64,000 nucleotides of DNA, taken from the NCBI GenBank assembly GCA_964016885.1, contig OZ024757.1, forward strand, positions 27,094,001 through 27,158,000, written 5' to 3'. This stretch comes from Eledone cirrhosa (taxonomy: Eukaryota). The notes beneath the pieces are model-generated. The model was given only the letters and a program-made list of their open reading frames with translations, was not told the DNA's origin and made no database searches. The translations under genes were made by a program, and so were the position numbers. Below, piece after piece: positions 48,724 through 63,039 of the stretch. Position 1 is the stretch's first letter; each line of letters opens with the position of its first letter.

Positions 48724-51700
48724 TTAACCCTGTGATGGACTGGCATCCTGTACTCTGTCACTTTAAGGGACGAAACCAGGATAAGCTTAATGAGTCTCCT
48801 GGCTTGAGAGACTTTAACCCTACATTGGACTGGCATCATCTCCAGAGGGGGCTTTTGTACTCTGTCATTTTACGAGATAAGCTTCTGGGCTCGCGACAGA
48901 CCAGAGAACCTCCACATACTTTGGGGGTTTAAGGCCACAAGACAATCGCCGACTAACTAACAATGTTAAATGGTGATTAGTGTCAGAAAATATTTAACAC
49001 TGCTGAAGAATTGAATCAACAATTTACGGTCTTTCATCTCAATCTTGAAAAATTTGCTTTCTTTGAAAAAAAAGAGAAGCATGTTGAATTTTATTAATAA
49101 ATCCCTACATTTTATTGTTTAATTTCAACATTAATTTTGTGAATAAAAAACAAACACAGGTTTTTCATTTTTTAATAATATAACAATAGTGCTTAAGTAA
49201 ATATATTCTACATGCCCCCACCATAAGTGAAACTTCAGGGTCAGTCTGTCTCCTGGTTCCAGAGCTAGGGAAACTTACTGAAACAACTACTGCACCACAT
49301 TTGTGGGTAGTTAACTCCGCTCCGATAGCCGTGCGTGGGGCCAAGAACATCGGAAGTCTCCGGCCCCAAACACTCAATCACACAAGGGGCAGCGAAGCCT
49401 TGGCTGGTCAAAGGACACACAATGTTGTCAATTGAGAAAACGTCCCAACGTATGACATCCTAACCGAGGGGCCTACCCTTACGGAGCAGGATGGTTGTCA
49501 TTAAGCCGGTGTCTATTAGTCTGCTTGGCGTTAATCAACTGAAAATACGAGACTTCCCATGAGTAGGACGCCATTCTATGGCAGGGTTACCCCCTACCCC
49601 AAGATACTGCTGGTACTCATTTTCAGCTAAGTATACTGGATCCACGTGAAATGAAATGTTTTGCTCAAGAACACAACACGATCCAGGAATTGAACTCATC
49701 ACATTATGAACGTAAGTCCAACACTGTCACCACTATGGGAAGAAAAACTGAAGTTTGACACGGAGTGTGACAAGACTGACTCTTTAAATTAAAACTCACA
49801 GGCTTCCAGAAAGTTCCAGTCCACCAAATTTCACCCACAGGACATGGGTCAACTGGTGCTTATGATAAATGACACCCAAGACGTCACTCTCTCACCTAAT
49901 TATTGAGAATTGAACTCACGTGGTGAAAAGTTAATCGATATTAATACTGATCAATACTTCAGCTATGATTACGAGAAGGACAGGAGTACTGAGAGAAAAA
50001 GTTCTTTAAAAGGTAGGATTGCAGGTCAAAGTTCCCACCCCACAGGCTGGTATAAATATCTGCCTACAATCTCATGAAATATCTCTGAGTAACTGGGTGG
50101 AATAGGACCAAAGTACTAAAGACAATAGCAGAGGTTTTCCACAAAGGCGATCTCCATTAGATTGTGACCTATACACAAGTTAACGATAGTTACAGAACTT
50201 TACATTCTGAGTTCAAATTCAGCCAAGGTTAACTTTGCCATACCATCCTTACGGGGTCGATAAAATAAAGTACCAGTCATGCACTGGGTCAATTTAATCG
50301 ACCCCGCCATAATTGCTGCCCTTGTGCCTATATAAAAAACCCATTATGGATTGGTAGTATCGGTAGAGGGTCGGACGCCATGCATTGCAACAAAGAGTTA
50401 CGGCCCTTTATGGTCTGAGTTCAAATCCCGCCAGGGTTAACTTTCCCTTTCATCCTTACGGGGTCAGTAAAATAAAGTACCAGTAATGCACTGGAATAAT
50501 TGCTGGCCTTGTGCCAAAAGTAGAAATAATTATTAAATCCCAACATTTTATTGTTTATTTTCAACATGAATTGGAACACGTGGTCTGTGTATTTCATTAG
50601 AAATACGGTAAGAAGAGAAAGACTGCTGTTAAAATGGTTGATAATGAAGGGAACTAAGAAGGAAAGATTTACCAAAATATCACATAATATAAAAAAATCT
50701 ACGTTACCTTTCAGAAAACTGCAATTGTTTCTTTTTAAACCATTTAGCAAGCGTTTTTGTAGAGCTTGAAAAGCTCTACAAACTGACGGCAATTTACTTT
50801 TCTTCTTGGGTTGGAAGGAGTTGAATGCGCATGCGCGAAATTTAGGAATCCATGTTCCAAGTGTCCTAGCCGTGCTACAGCACCATCTAAAAAGTGAGGC
50901 CATGCTACGGCACAGCAAAAACAGACAGACCATGCTGCAGCACCATTTAAAAAGCCAGGCCATGCTGTAGCACAATCTAAAAAGCCTGGCTACACTACAT
51001 CATCACCATACAACAAGCCAGGCCATGCTGCAGCACAATCTAAAAAGCCAGGCCATGCTACGATAAATTCTAACAAACCTGGCCATGCTACAGCACCATC
51101 TAACAAACCAGGGCATGCTACAGCACCATCTAAAAAACCAGGCCATGCTACAACATATTCTAACAAACCTGGCCATGCTACAGCACTATTACTGAGTGCA
51201 TTTTTATCAGGACACCAGCACTAATGAGGTTATCATGTCTTAGATACAGCAGGAGAGTCCTTTTGACCCTTTATTTGGAGGGATGCCCTTATGAAAACGA
51301 CTTAATTAAGTTTACTATAGCTGTGCTATAACTATTACTTTCATAACTTGGTCCATCTTTGCCCTCGTAGCAATGTATGATTGTACTGTTGCAATTAGGT
51401 GTGATATATATTACATACATATATATATGATAGTTGCAACTCTATTTTGAGTAATGCCATAGCTTGATACTTAAGCATGAGTATCACAGATCTGGCTTTT
51501 AATCCTGCTCGGGACTTGCCTATGACCAGCAATACCATGCATCGCAAAATATGTCACATATCAAGCGATGCCTGTGCTTGAAGCTTTTTTAAGTAAGGAA
51601 AGGCTTTGCATGGGGCCAATCCCACTCTCTGAACATTGAATGCATTTATCTAAAAAGAAGAACTGGTCTACATCATTGGATGCAAACAAAGTGGCAGGTT

Positions 51701-51941
51701 TTATACCAGAAAGAGCCTCTCCTAGAGAGATGTCTTAATGAAGACTAGGAGTCTCTAGATCCACAAAAAAACCCCCCAAAAAACAACAACACTAATGGAT
51801 GGTCGTTTACTCTTCTAAGTTACTCTGCTCTTTGACGGGTTTTGTTTTCCATATAGCAAGGTGTCCAAAATCAACCTCCTCCCGAAGCAAGCTTGGTGGG
51901 GCTGCCCGTTTAATCGCCGACAACCTGATCATGCACAGGTT
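48724..51941 (-). repeat. Right arm (copy A) of the large inverted duplication
   Basis: Reverse complement of the left arm with scattered substitutions and indels. Confidence 0.92.
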
Positions 51942-52014
51942 ATAGTCCAACACTGTCACATTAAAAAGTAGGATTCCACGTCAAAGAACTCACCCCACAT
52001 GCTGGAGTGAGAGG

Positions 52015-54265
52015 GTTGGTAGAAATATCTGTCTCCAATCTCATGAAATATCTCTGAGTAACTGGGTGGAATAAGACCAAAGTACTAAAGACAATAGCAG
52101 AGGTTTTCCACAAAGGCGATCACCATCTAGATTAAGTGACCTACACACAAGTTAACGATAGTTAAATCCAGGCGAGGTTAGCTTTGTCTTCCATCCTTAG
52201 GCGTCGATAAAATAAGCACCAGTAATGTACTGGGGTTGATTTAATCGACTTCCCCCACCGAATTGTTGACCTTGTGTCTAAAGTAGAAATCATTATTAAA
52301 TTCCTTCAAAATTTTCATTATTTTCCAATATTAATCGAGGCGTATGGGCTGTGTATTCCATTAGAAATACGGTACCACTAAGGTCGGTGTCCGATAAGAA
52401 AGCTGCTCAAATGGTTGATATCTAAAGTCTGTTCCAAGCCCGGAGGTTCAATAGGCCGGTGCTTGCCTCGGTTATGGCGTGAAACATCTAAGAATAAAAG
52501 ACTATCCTTGGACAGGATGTCAGTTCATCACAGATTTAAACCCCCAGCTAGAGCTGGAGTAATGTGAAATAAAATCTTTTCTCAAGAACACAACACTAAA
52601 CCCAGTTACCTCTAATGACGATATTATGAAGGGAACAACAAACAAAATGTTTACCCAGAATACATCAACATAAACTAAGAGTCCACGTTATAATGGCCTG
52701 ACCCACCGGGTTATTTAAGACCAGTTTATATATAGAAGCGCCTGTCGTTCAAGAGGGTTCCAATGAGGTCTGTGAGTGCCAGGTCTTTTGTCAGCTACAA
52801 GATCTTTTTCAGGAGGAAACGACGGTTCAAAGTGTCAATGCGGCCGGCAGATCAACAAAGACGGCTCCTGTTACCAGTCCTTTCTGAAAACCATCTTCAA
52901 TGTGCTGAGTGAGATTCAGGAGTTGGCTTGTTGTGGATTTGCCAGGTCGGAATCCAACTTGTTGGGGGATTATGGCTGGTTCAACAACTGGGGCCAACCT
53001 GCTGAGGATCGGGTGGCATAGCAGGGAGATTGGGCGGAAACTCTTTGCATGCACTGGATCTTTACCCGGTTTGAGAAGAGCAATAATCCTGGTTTTTCTC
53101 CAGATCTTTGGGATGTTTCTTGTCAGCATGCAGTTGTTCATCAGCTCAAGGATCCATTTCCGTGTCAGAGCTCCAAAGTACTTGATCTCCTCTGTGAAAA
53201 TATTATCTAGGCCGATGGCTTTACCAGTCTTAAGGGCATTGATGCTGATATTGAGCTCTTCAAGCGAGAACGGCTTCGTCAGTCTGGTTTGGGAGTACTG
53301 AAGTCGGTCTACCTTTGGTCTTGGCTGTTTGGTGGTGGATTTCCCATTGAGCAACAGCTGATATGCACTGCTGAAGAATTGAATCAACAATTTACGGTCT
53401 TTCACCTCAATCTTGAAGGAAGCTTTCAAATACACAGAAATATTTGCTAAAGACAACAGAGCTGCTACAGGGAAAACTAGGAAGAGTTTTAAAAAAAAAC
53501 TACACTAGATAACATTTTTTGTGATTAAAATAGAAACATGTTGAATTTTATTATTAAATCCATACATTTTATTGTTTATTTTCAACATGAATTGCAACAC
53601 GTGGTCTGTGTATTTCATTAGAAATACGGTAAGAGAAAGACTGCTGTTAAAATGGTTGATAATGAAGGGAACTAAGAAGGAAAGATTTACCAACATATCT
53701 CATAATATAAAAATCTACGTCACCTTTCAGAAAACTGCAATTGTCTCTTTTTTAAACCATTTAGCAAGCGTTTTTGTAGAGCTTGAAAAGTTCTACAAAT
53801 TGACGGTCATTTGCTTTTCTTCTTGGGTTGGATGCGCAAGCAGGACATTTTAGGAATCCATGTTCCAAGTATCCTGGCCGTGCTACAGCACCATCTAAAC
53901 AGCCAGACCATGCTGCAGCACAGCAAAAACCGACAGGTCATGCTACAGCACCATTTAAAAAGCCAGACCATGCTGCAGCACAATCTAAAAAACCTGGCTA
54001 CGCTACATCATCACCATACAACAAGCCAGGCAGGCCATGTTGCAGCACAATCTAAAAAGCCAGGCCATGCTACGATATATTCTAACAAACCTGGCCATGT
54101 TACAGCACCATCTAACAAGCCAGGGCATGCTACAACACCATCTAACAAGCCAGGGCATGCTACAGCACCATCTAAAAAACCAGGCCATGCTACAACATAT
54201 TCTAACAAACCAGGCCATGCTACGATATATTCTAACAAACCTGGCCATGTTACAGCACCATTACT
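52015..54265 (-). repeat. Second inverted copy (copy B) of about 37600-39480
   Basis: Blocks 52020-52163, 52290-52430, 52560-52730 and 53365-54265 match the left arm in reverse; ORF 53572+ resembles 37923- and 50551+. Confidence 0.85.
52740..53365 (-). mobile_element. Ingi/Vingi-like (I-group) LINE RT N-terminal fragment
   Basis: PFSLEEL..LKTGKAIGLDNI..PKIWRKTRIIALLKPGKDP..SFRPISLL..QVGFRPGKSTTSQ..GAVFVDL; clade assignment tentative. Confidence 0.8.
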
Positions 54266-54329
54266 GAGAAGTGGATGTATGCTGTGTACAAGAGGTGAGT
54301 CTCAATGTGACTTCTCATGAACAAACTTT

Positions 54330-54780
54330 ACTGGGTAGGAAATGATGTTGGACTAGGCATCCTACTAGCTGAGAAATGGATAGAAGTAGTTAGAATAAGT
54401 GACAGAATTATCAAGCTTAGAATCATCATCGTTTAATGCCCATGCTAGCATGTAGGAAACAGAATGGTGACAATTACATCTACCTATGCAACATTGGCAG
54501 GACTGAATAAAGAACAGGTTCTATGAGGAACTTTTACAGACAACCTCAGGCTCTGATGAAAGAGAGCTCATCATCCTGGCAGGTGACTTGGAGCCAAGAT
54601 AAACAGACTGTAAGAAATGTTAAGGTCTTCCCTAGGGAAAAATGTGCTGCCCAACACAAGTTGCATCAGAATAGACATGTTGAAAAACACAGAAACAGAG
54701 AGTTTGTAAGCTAAAGGACCTTTTGGTTAAATATAGATTTAGAAAGGCCTTATAGGATGCATTTGATGAAAGGGGATTAG
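54330..54780 (+). mobile_element. Highly decayed RTE endonuclease-region fragments
   Basis: Remnants such as VVRISDRIIKLR, LIILAGD and NVKVFPREKCAAQHKL. Confidence 0.5.
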
Positions 54781-55064
54781 AAATATATTATTTACCAACT
54801 TAGATAATAATAAAAATACTCTAAATTCTATTTCATATGACCGTGATATACAACACCACGTGGAGGTGTGCCAGGAGCTAAACAAAACTATCGTTTAAAT
54901 AATTATTGCTGACATTGTGGAGGGAAATAAACATAAAACTGTTCAATATAAAATAAAGCTTTACTTTACCTGTGTAAAATAGACCGCATTGATTTTAAAT
55001 GAGTGATGTAGAGAGCAGTAAACAAAATGTATGTTTACGTACAAGAGGACGCATGTGTGCGAAA

Positions 55065-55880
55065 CACGTTTATATAGCTTGATATGTATGTCTATAAAAA
55101 GGAAAGGTTTCTTCCTGTATAGAGAAGATTGTAAAACATATTTTTGTCTCAAGAATATCTGCGAGTGTTTAGATTGTATTTCAAAAAGCCTTATATACAC
55201 TTATCTACAGAATAAGGTTTATAGAGAGATGACAGAATGTATTTGTATGCGTGTAGATATATTTCTGAGCATGTGGGTTAGTTTAGAAGAGGTAACTGTG
55301 TACCTTTGCGCGTGTGTACATATATATAGACAGAAAGCGGTCTAGTTACGATGCCTAAGGTTTAGTTTAGAAGAAAATGTATATAGTGAAGAACGTTTAT
55401 ATATAATGAGATGGCTTAGAAAGTATCTATATAGAGAGATGTATGTAATGTCTAAATGACTTAGTAAGTGTGTATATTTTTTTAGTTTAAAAGAAAGCAT
55501 GAGGGTTATTGAAAGTGTGTATATAATAAAATGTATAGAGAGAAGGTTTAGATACTATACAGCAAAGAAAACATTACATCCCTCTTTACACGAAGAAAAC
55601 AATATCCAGAGTGATTTTCTTTCAAAACCAGAAGACAACCGAAAAGAAAAGAGAAGAGTTTCATAAAGGGGAAGTGACTCTAAATTAAAGGGAGGTAATT
55701 CTAATCAAATTTACTAACGAGGTACTAACTTCGCGAGGTCCGGGACGCAGGCCAGACAAGTAGCCAGCCTGCGAAATAGTCCCAGCTGCATAAGCCACGA
55801 AGACCTTGTAACAATTCGAACTTCAGACACATAGAATGGTCACGCCGTACATAAGTAGACGACGAAGTCGGGACCGCTAT
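55065..55880 (+). repeat. Dispersed direct repeat, partner at 57695-58172
   Basis: Shared acacgtttatatagcttgatatg...gagaagattgtaaaac and atggtcacgcc.tacataagtag blocks. Confidence 0.75.
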
Positions 55881-56164
55881 ATATATATATAGAGAGAGAG
55901 AGAAACGGAACGAAAGCGAGATAACACGACATATTCCGAGTGTTACCTCACTGTCATTCCGTTTCTATATATATATAAATATAACAGGGTATATAGCCAT
56001 TGAAGAAGAACTAGTATTTTGTAGATATATTCGAATAGAAGGGGGTCGACTTGTGAATATTTTCACCAACATCAAATTCTACGTAAATAAGGTTTCTCAG
56101 ACACATGATAGGCAGGAGGGTTCCCTTATATTTGAGTATATTAACCGAGAAACTCCTAGTATTT

Positions 56165-56400
56165 TGTACATCTATTCTTCTTGCTCAACTGGGCCAGCGA
56201 TCTCAAAGCATCGTCATGGGTAGAGCCGACCAGCTCCTTTGCATCCTCCGGAGATCTTCCATGATGTTATCCAGCCGTGTGGGGCCTGCAGCCACTGCGT
56301 CAAACAAGAGTAAGGGCCTGGTAGGATGATCTGGCGGAAAACATGTCCGTACCAGTGCATGAGGTGGGCTGATATGCACGCAGCACTTTGAAGCTGTCAA
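56165..56400 (-). mobile_element. RTE-like LINE 3' ORF fragment
   Basis: Frameshifted WYGHVF-R-PPDHPTR..LDNIMEDLRRM. Confidence 0.6.
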
Positions 56401-57166
56401 TCCTCTTTGTGAGGGGCCACGTTTCTACTCAATATAGGAGTATGGAGAGGACAGAGCGGAGACTTCAAGTTTTCTCTACTTATTGCTATCAAAGTGGATT
56501 AGCCACCCACAGGAGTGACCCTCACAAATTAGAATAACTGTTTCTATCCATCTCCCTCACTATCTTCTGGGGTAACGCTGGTGGGGAGTGTTCTCTCACA
56601 TTGTACAGGCTTGTATCACTGGGGCAGTGGTGATATATACCACATTCCGTTTCTATATATATCTTGGTTGTTCATCGTAAACGATGATGACATCTTTTTT
56701 ATTTTAGTTCCCGTCTGCCGTGGGCACGAAGGTGGCTGTGGAGGCCGATCCTCGACTTGCAGGTCCGGGGAAGAAACCCGAGTCGCTTGGGGCAGCTGTT
56801 GATGCATTTCTCCTTTCACGGGCCTCAGTGACTTCTGCCCGTCTTTTCTCTTCAAAAGGGTCTTCGGCGCATGGGACTCGAGTTAATTTGGGGTGATTCC
56901 AGTGTTGTTGATACTGGACTTCACACAGTCTGTGAACCTCTTAGAGGCCTGCTCCGCTTTCGTTTCTCCGAACCGAGTTCCCCATACATCAAAATATAGA
57001 AACGGAAAGAAAGCGAGATAACGCGATATATTCCGAGTGTTACCTCTCTCTCATTCCGTTTCTACATATATATTAATTTCGAAACTACTAGTATTTTGTA
57101 CATATATACAGAACAATTAATATGTAAGTAAATATACTTACTTCAAGATGGTAACATATATGTTAA

Positions 57167-57297
57167 CCCTTTAGCATTCAAACCGGCTACTCATACTGAT
57201 GTTAATGTATTGTTCTCATAGATTCCATACTATGGGAGGTAAAGATTTTACCATGAAAATACAATAGTATATATAGAGCAATGCAAATGCTAAAGGG
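57167..57297. mobile_element. Short piggyBac-type MITE with TTAA TSD
   Basis: ttaa|ccctttagcatt...aatgctaaaggg|ttaa. Confidence 0.8.
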
Positions 57298-58759
57298 TTA
57301 ATATATTGTCTGCTCAATAAGAAATCCGTTACATTTGAAGGTTTTAGGTATCTCAACACCTCAAAAAAAGACATGAGTACTAGAATTAACTTAACCTGAA
57401 CAGTTGTAAACAAAATGGATGAGCAGGGACTCCTACTGGTTGGTGTTAAGGTATGCAGAAAAGGTTTTCATGATGATTTCCTTTGAATGAAACACTTCGA
57501 GTCCTGTAGAAGCCATTTCTATATAAAATTTGTTATATATACTCTACCAATGCTTTGAGTACCTTAATTACTCTGGTTACCCCCCGATTGAACCTGGGAC
57601 CCATATATATATATAGGGTGTTTCAAAACGAATAATCTGATTTCAAAAGGCTACACACACATATGTATATATATATTTTAATTTATTTCTATTTACACGT
57701 TTATATAGCTTGATATGCATGTCTTTAAAAAAAAAAGTTTTCTTCCTGTATAGAGAAGATTGTAAAACGTAAGAAATATGGCTGATCTACAGAATAAGGT
57801 GAACAGAGAGATAACAGAATGTATCTATGAGAGAAGCTTGAGTTATATTTCTTAGAATGTATGCATAGTGTCAAGATGGTTTAGTCTACTTTAGTTTCTT
57901 AGAAGAGTTAACAATGTATCTTTATGTGTGTGTACATATATGGAGAGAAAACAGTTTAGTTATGATGTCTCGTTTTTTTTATTTTAAATGGAGCTGAGGT
58001 TTATTTTATTAGAAGAAAATCTGTGTCTCTAAAATTCTCCCTGTATATATATGATGATGTTAGCAATGTTTAGAATGAATTTACAACCAACAAAGCCACG
58101 CACAATGATTCGATCTTCAGATATATAAAATGGTCACGCCATACATAAGTAGGCGATGAAATCCAAACCGCTATGCGAAGCAGCAATACTACTAAGTAAA
58201 TTAGTCATACTTATAATTAAAATTTTAATATATATATATACAGAACAATTAATATGTAAGTAAATATATTACTATCGATTTCCTTGTTAAGTGTCCCCGA
58301 GTACAAGGCTTTCCTTGGATAGGATGCCAGTCTATCACAGGATTAACTCCCTAGCTAAAGAGTGTACCGGAGCAACGTGAAATAATGTGTTGTTCTTTTA
58401 AAGGACACTTGGTGTATCTAGCCCAGTTCCTCTCCAGGCTTGAATATATCAGATTTCTTCCAGAGAAATAATCGTCCCCAGTACTAGACTGGTACTTTTT
58501 TTTTTTATCGACCTCAAATAGATGAAAGACAAAGCTGAACTGAGATAGAGCTGGATTGAAGACTGCAAAGATCCTACAAGCAAACCATGCCTTTAAACTG
58601 TTTCTTTCACCCTATGACCCCTTAGTGGCTTGGCAGGCCATAGATCCTATGAGGAATATATGCCCTTGAAATGAGGAGATAGCAATGAACAGTTCACCTG
58701 TGTGTTCTTGCTATTGAAAAGTGATTAAGGGAGGCACTTGCCTCTCCTACCAAATATTC

Positions 58760-59100
58760 TTATGCCCTGTCTGTAGTCAGCAGGAGATTCACAATTAATG
58801 GACAACCACACACAAATATGTTTATAAAAACTCTGCTTAGCCTCGGCCTTAAAGTTCTTTTGAAGCACACATTCTGGGCAAAATGTTTTCCAGGCAGAGT
58901 TCATAGTCTTGGAAGACACTTACACTAAGGCTTTGACTATGAGGCTTATGCAATTTAAAATGTTGAAGTGGTTCTTTCAGAAGCCTCTTATGGTTAAGTG
59001 AGTGTCAGTGGTCACTTCAAAGCACGTGTGAAACATTGCCTTCATCTAAAATTTCTTAACATTTGAAATGACTTGCTGGTTCATGAGCTGAACTATTTTG
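58760..59100 (-). mobile_element. pogo/Tigger-like transposase remnant
   Basis: QLMNQQVISN..CFEVTTDTHLT..NHFNILNCISLIVKA..SSKTMNSAWK with stop codons. Confidence 0.7.
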
Positions 59101-59998
59101 AAAGTTCCTATCAAACAATTTAAAACCTCCTTTAAATGTACAGAGGGCTCCATGGAAGTAATCAATAGTTTCTGTTGCCTAGGTGAGCAAATTAGAGGTT
59201 TGAAAATTTAAATACACATGAAAAATAAATGCACAAACACACACACATATGTATATATATATATATTGTGAATGAATAATAAAGAAGTCAGATATGTGTA
59301 AAATTAGATTCATATACTTTATTTTGATACAGTAGTATTGCGACATCCAGACTACGTGTCTTGCATTCGAATTGGAAGGATGTATGCTGCACTGGCTGCT
59401 GGGAAGTTTCCTTCAAGCCGGCCATTTGTTGCCAGCATGGTGGTACCAGACCACACCACATGAGTGATCATGTTTTATTTCATTTTTTTTTCTGTGATAT
59501 TCTTTATACTAGTCTATTATTAAAGGTCGTTTGTGGGGATTTTCATGTTCACTTATTCATAATTGAGTTATCTAATGAAGGATGACAAATGTGACATGAC
59601 GAAGAATGAAACCTATCCAGAATTAAAGTTTAAAATATTCATTTTATTAAGGCTAAAATGAATATACATATGTCATGAAGGATGACATTATGAAGATTTA
59701 AAAATCTGATGAAGACTGAACCCTATTTAGAATCACTACCATCTTTATGTATTGAGGCAAATACTTAAACATAGTTAAAATATCATATTTAAAGAGCCTT
59801 TCCTTATTGGTTGACAAAATTTGGCCACCATTGGGTTGCTAATTTCAGTGGTCAAATACAGTGGCCATAAATGTGTGTATATGAAATATAGTTACACACA
59901 AAAGATTGTGTGATTTATAAAGACATGTCCACACATTGTATAACATTCTGAGTACTTCATATGTTCAACTGAACAAGTACACCCTTGGATTTACTAAG

Positions 59999-60030
<32 letters not shown>

Positions 60031-60640
60031 CTGTATTTGGTTGATAGCTGAGTAAACATCGAAACTCCAGAGTAAGACTTACTATTGTGCCTTCATAAAG
60101 TATATATATATCAGACCTGTCAGCTCTCCCTGTCCTAAGGGGAGAGCTCCCACCAACTTTGGAGTGGATGAGAGATGTCTTCTCTTATGAAAATGGGCAT
60201 AGCTTTCATTGTGTAAAATCTCGCACTTTTTTTTGTGGTTTCAGTTTTTAGAGGTTGGAAGGTTTGTGTATGTGTGTATAAATATATATATACATATATA
60301 AATGTATATATATATATATATGTGTATACAAATACACCACTTCGTAAATCTAACTGTTTACTTTATATATATATAGAGAGAGAGACAGAGTAAACAGTTT
60401 GTATACACATATTTATATGTGTATATAAAATATAGACATTAATATAAACAGGTATATAATTTTTGAAATTGACGGTTTAATGCATTAACTTTTACATACA
60501 TTCCTGCTGTAGCAGAATTTTCTTAACATGGCTGTTATTTCAATTACAATTGTTGTTATATCTACTCCTTTCAATGATGCCTACATTTCTAATACTTCAT
60601 GTAAACCTCACAAGCAGCCAGTATATAACATCATTATTAA

Positions 60641-60788
60641 GGCAGTGGATTGACAGTATCAGTAGAGGTTCGAACGACATGCAGTGCAGCATAGAGTTAC
60701 GGCCTATCATGCTTACGGGGTCAATAAAATAAAGTACCAGTAATATATTGGGATAATTCCTGGCCTTGAGCCGAAAGTAGAAACAATC
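60641..60788 (+). mobile_element. Family-1 SINE, internally deleted
   Basis: Head and tail motifs present, B-box region missing. Confidence 0.75.
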
Positions 60789-61319
60789 ATTATTATTCAC
60801 TCACAAATACATCTAAGTATCCACCATATTAAGTGCAAAAACAAATTTTGTTAGAAACAATTATTATTATATATATATAACATAACTGCAACATAATCTA
60901 TATAAATGTTGAACACAAGAGGCCATGTTCTGTGTAATATTGGGAAACAATTTAACAAAATATTTTAATTTGTTTTTCAACAACTGAAAGGAAGAACTGT
61001 GGAGTGAGAATAAAGACAATAAAATTATGAAAACTCATTTAATATAATAGTATTTGTGTGAAGGAAAACATACATTGGCGTTTTATATATTTATGAATAC
61101 ATACACACATATATATAGATTGGTAGTTACCAGTTTACACTAGTATGACCAAGTTCAGCTCAGCTCAGTACTTGATACTTGGGAAAGAAGAATGTATGTA
61201 TTGTAAATAGATAATGCCCGATGGCTGAGCTCCTGCTACTTCAATGGCAACACATTGTCGGACATTAAGTATTTTTAATATATATATATATACATACATA
61301 CACATATATAGTACATATG

Positions 61320-61368
<49 letters not shown>

Positions 61369-61699
61369 CAAACTGAAAAGGAAAATCATTTATAATTAAT
61401 ACACAGGATATCTTTGGCATAATTTAAACTGTGTTTATTTATATATATATATATATATAAACATGCATCAATCTCCAGAAAGTATCCAGTAATCTTCATT
61501 GAGCTGTTAAAGGGAGCTACACAATAATATTTCTTTTGCCTTGACAAATAAACTGAAAATATATCAAACCATGTTCATATTCTTCTCCTTTTGCCTCAGG
61601 TAATGTTAAAGAAGTAATTGGGAGTGTGTATGCGTGTATTATGTATGTATATATATATATATATATATATACATACATATATATACATATATATATATG

Positions 61700-61732
<33 letters not shown>

Positions 61733-62800
61733 GCATATGTGTGTATGTATATACATACATGAATGTATATATATATATATATATTTACATACTCTAAATA
61801 ACGACCATTTCATAATATACTGAGTAAAATCATGGGTTTTAAAATTAAAAAAAGTCTTTTTTTCTGTGAAAAATACCTATAAAAACTTCATTCTAAATTT
61901 TGTAACATTCAATTGTAAGCAATCTGCAAGTCATTGAAAATATTCAGCAGAAATGGCATCAAAATAGACCTAAATTTGTCCCAACATTTATATAGCCTGC
62001 TTTCTTTTTTTTTTTTTTTTTTACAAACCCCTCTTTTTTTTAAAATTTATTTTCTAAAATTTTGCTTAAAAAGATAACTTTATATAATTTTTCTTTCTGT
62101 CCATAATTATATTAAAATATTTCTTCTCTTTACAAACAGTTGCTTTGAACCCTTCCCTCCCACAACATTGCTGCAAGCAAGGTTAATACTTGGTTGGTTC
62201 CAGAGGAAATAAATGGTAAATATATAGATACATACAAATGTATATATATATATATATTTACACACACATACGTATATATTTCTACACACAAACATATATA
62301 TGTATATCTATATACATATATTGTGATTTGCGTGAAGCTACTCTTGGTATTGTGATTTCGTCAAATTAATGTATGTATATATATGTATATTTATATGTAT
62401 ATATGCATATATTCATTTATATATGTATATATTCATATATACATGTATATATTCTTATATGTATATGTTGATTTAGTTGCCAATGACCCGACCATGTAAC
62501 AGGTTGTACTGGGTTACATGATACCAGTAGCACTAACGAGCGACCTGACATATATATATATATATATATTTTTATTTTCAGAAACACAGTAACATCATGA
62601 GAGGAAACACAGAAACCATTGGAGTAAAATAAAAAAAAAAGAAGCTGCTCTCTCAAGTTGTTATACTTTGTCTTCTTCTCTCACTCTGTTTCTTTCTTTC
62701 ATCCATTGTCTCCTTGTTAAACAATGCCTGACATCTTTCTGTGACAGTCTTGCGTCAGTTGTTGCTCCCAAGTCTTGGTGAAAGTTGAAAGGAATGTTAA

Positions 62801-63039
62801 CCCTTCTGATACCAACCCCTAATTCTACAATTCAATGCTGTTTCTTATCATATATTTATATTTATCAAAAAACGTTCCATAATAATTGTATACAAGAAAC
62901 TTTAAGTTAAGCTCCAACCACCAGGTAAATATTCAGAAAAATAATTAAATTACTAAATCTTTTGAAATTCTTGATTATTTTCAAAATTATCTGAGTACCA
63001 TAGGCAGTGTCTTTCATCGGAAATATGGTAACAAAATGG
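62801..63039. mobile_element. Second piggyBac-type MITE family
   Basis: ttaa|cccttctgatacca...tggtaacaaaatgg|ttaa; a reverse relative at about 7398-7985 is interrupted by a SINE. Confidence 0.55.

Noticed and set aside
53811-54320. 169-aa ORF with KPGHATAPSN decapeptide repeats as a structural protein
   Set aside because: The 30-bp unit leaves several frames open; paralogous copies differ in frame and stops; no splice or signal evidence
59315-59465. GC-richer minus-strand stretch ending in AATAAA as a terminal exon
   Set aside because: No recognisable protein and no clear acceptor; insufficient support
60035-60085. GAAAC-TCCAGA-GTA hammerhead-like 3' half
   Set aside because: No convincing core or helix II upstream
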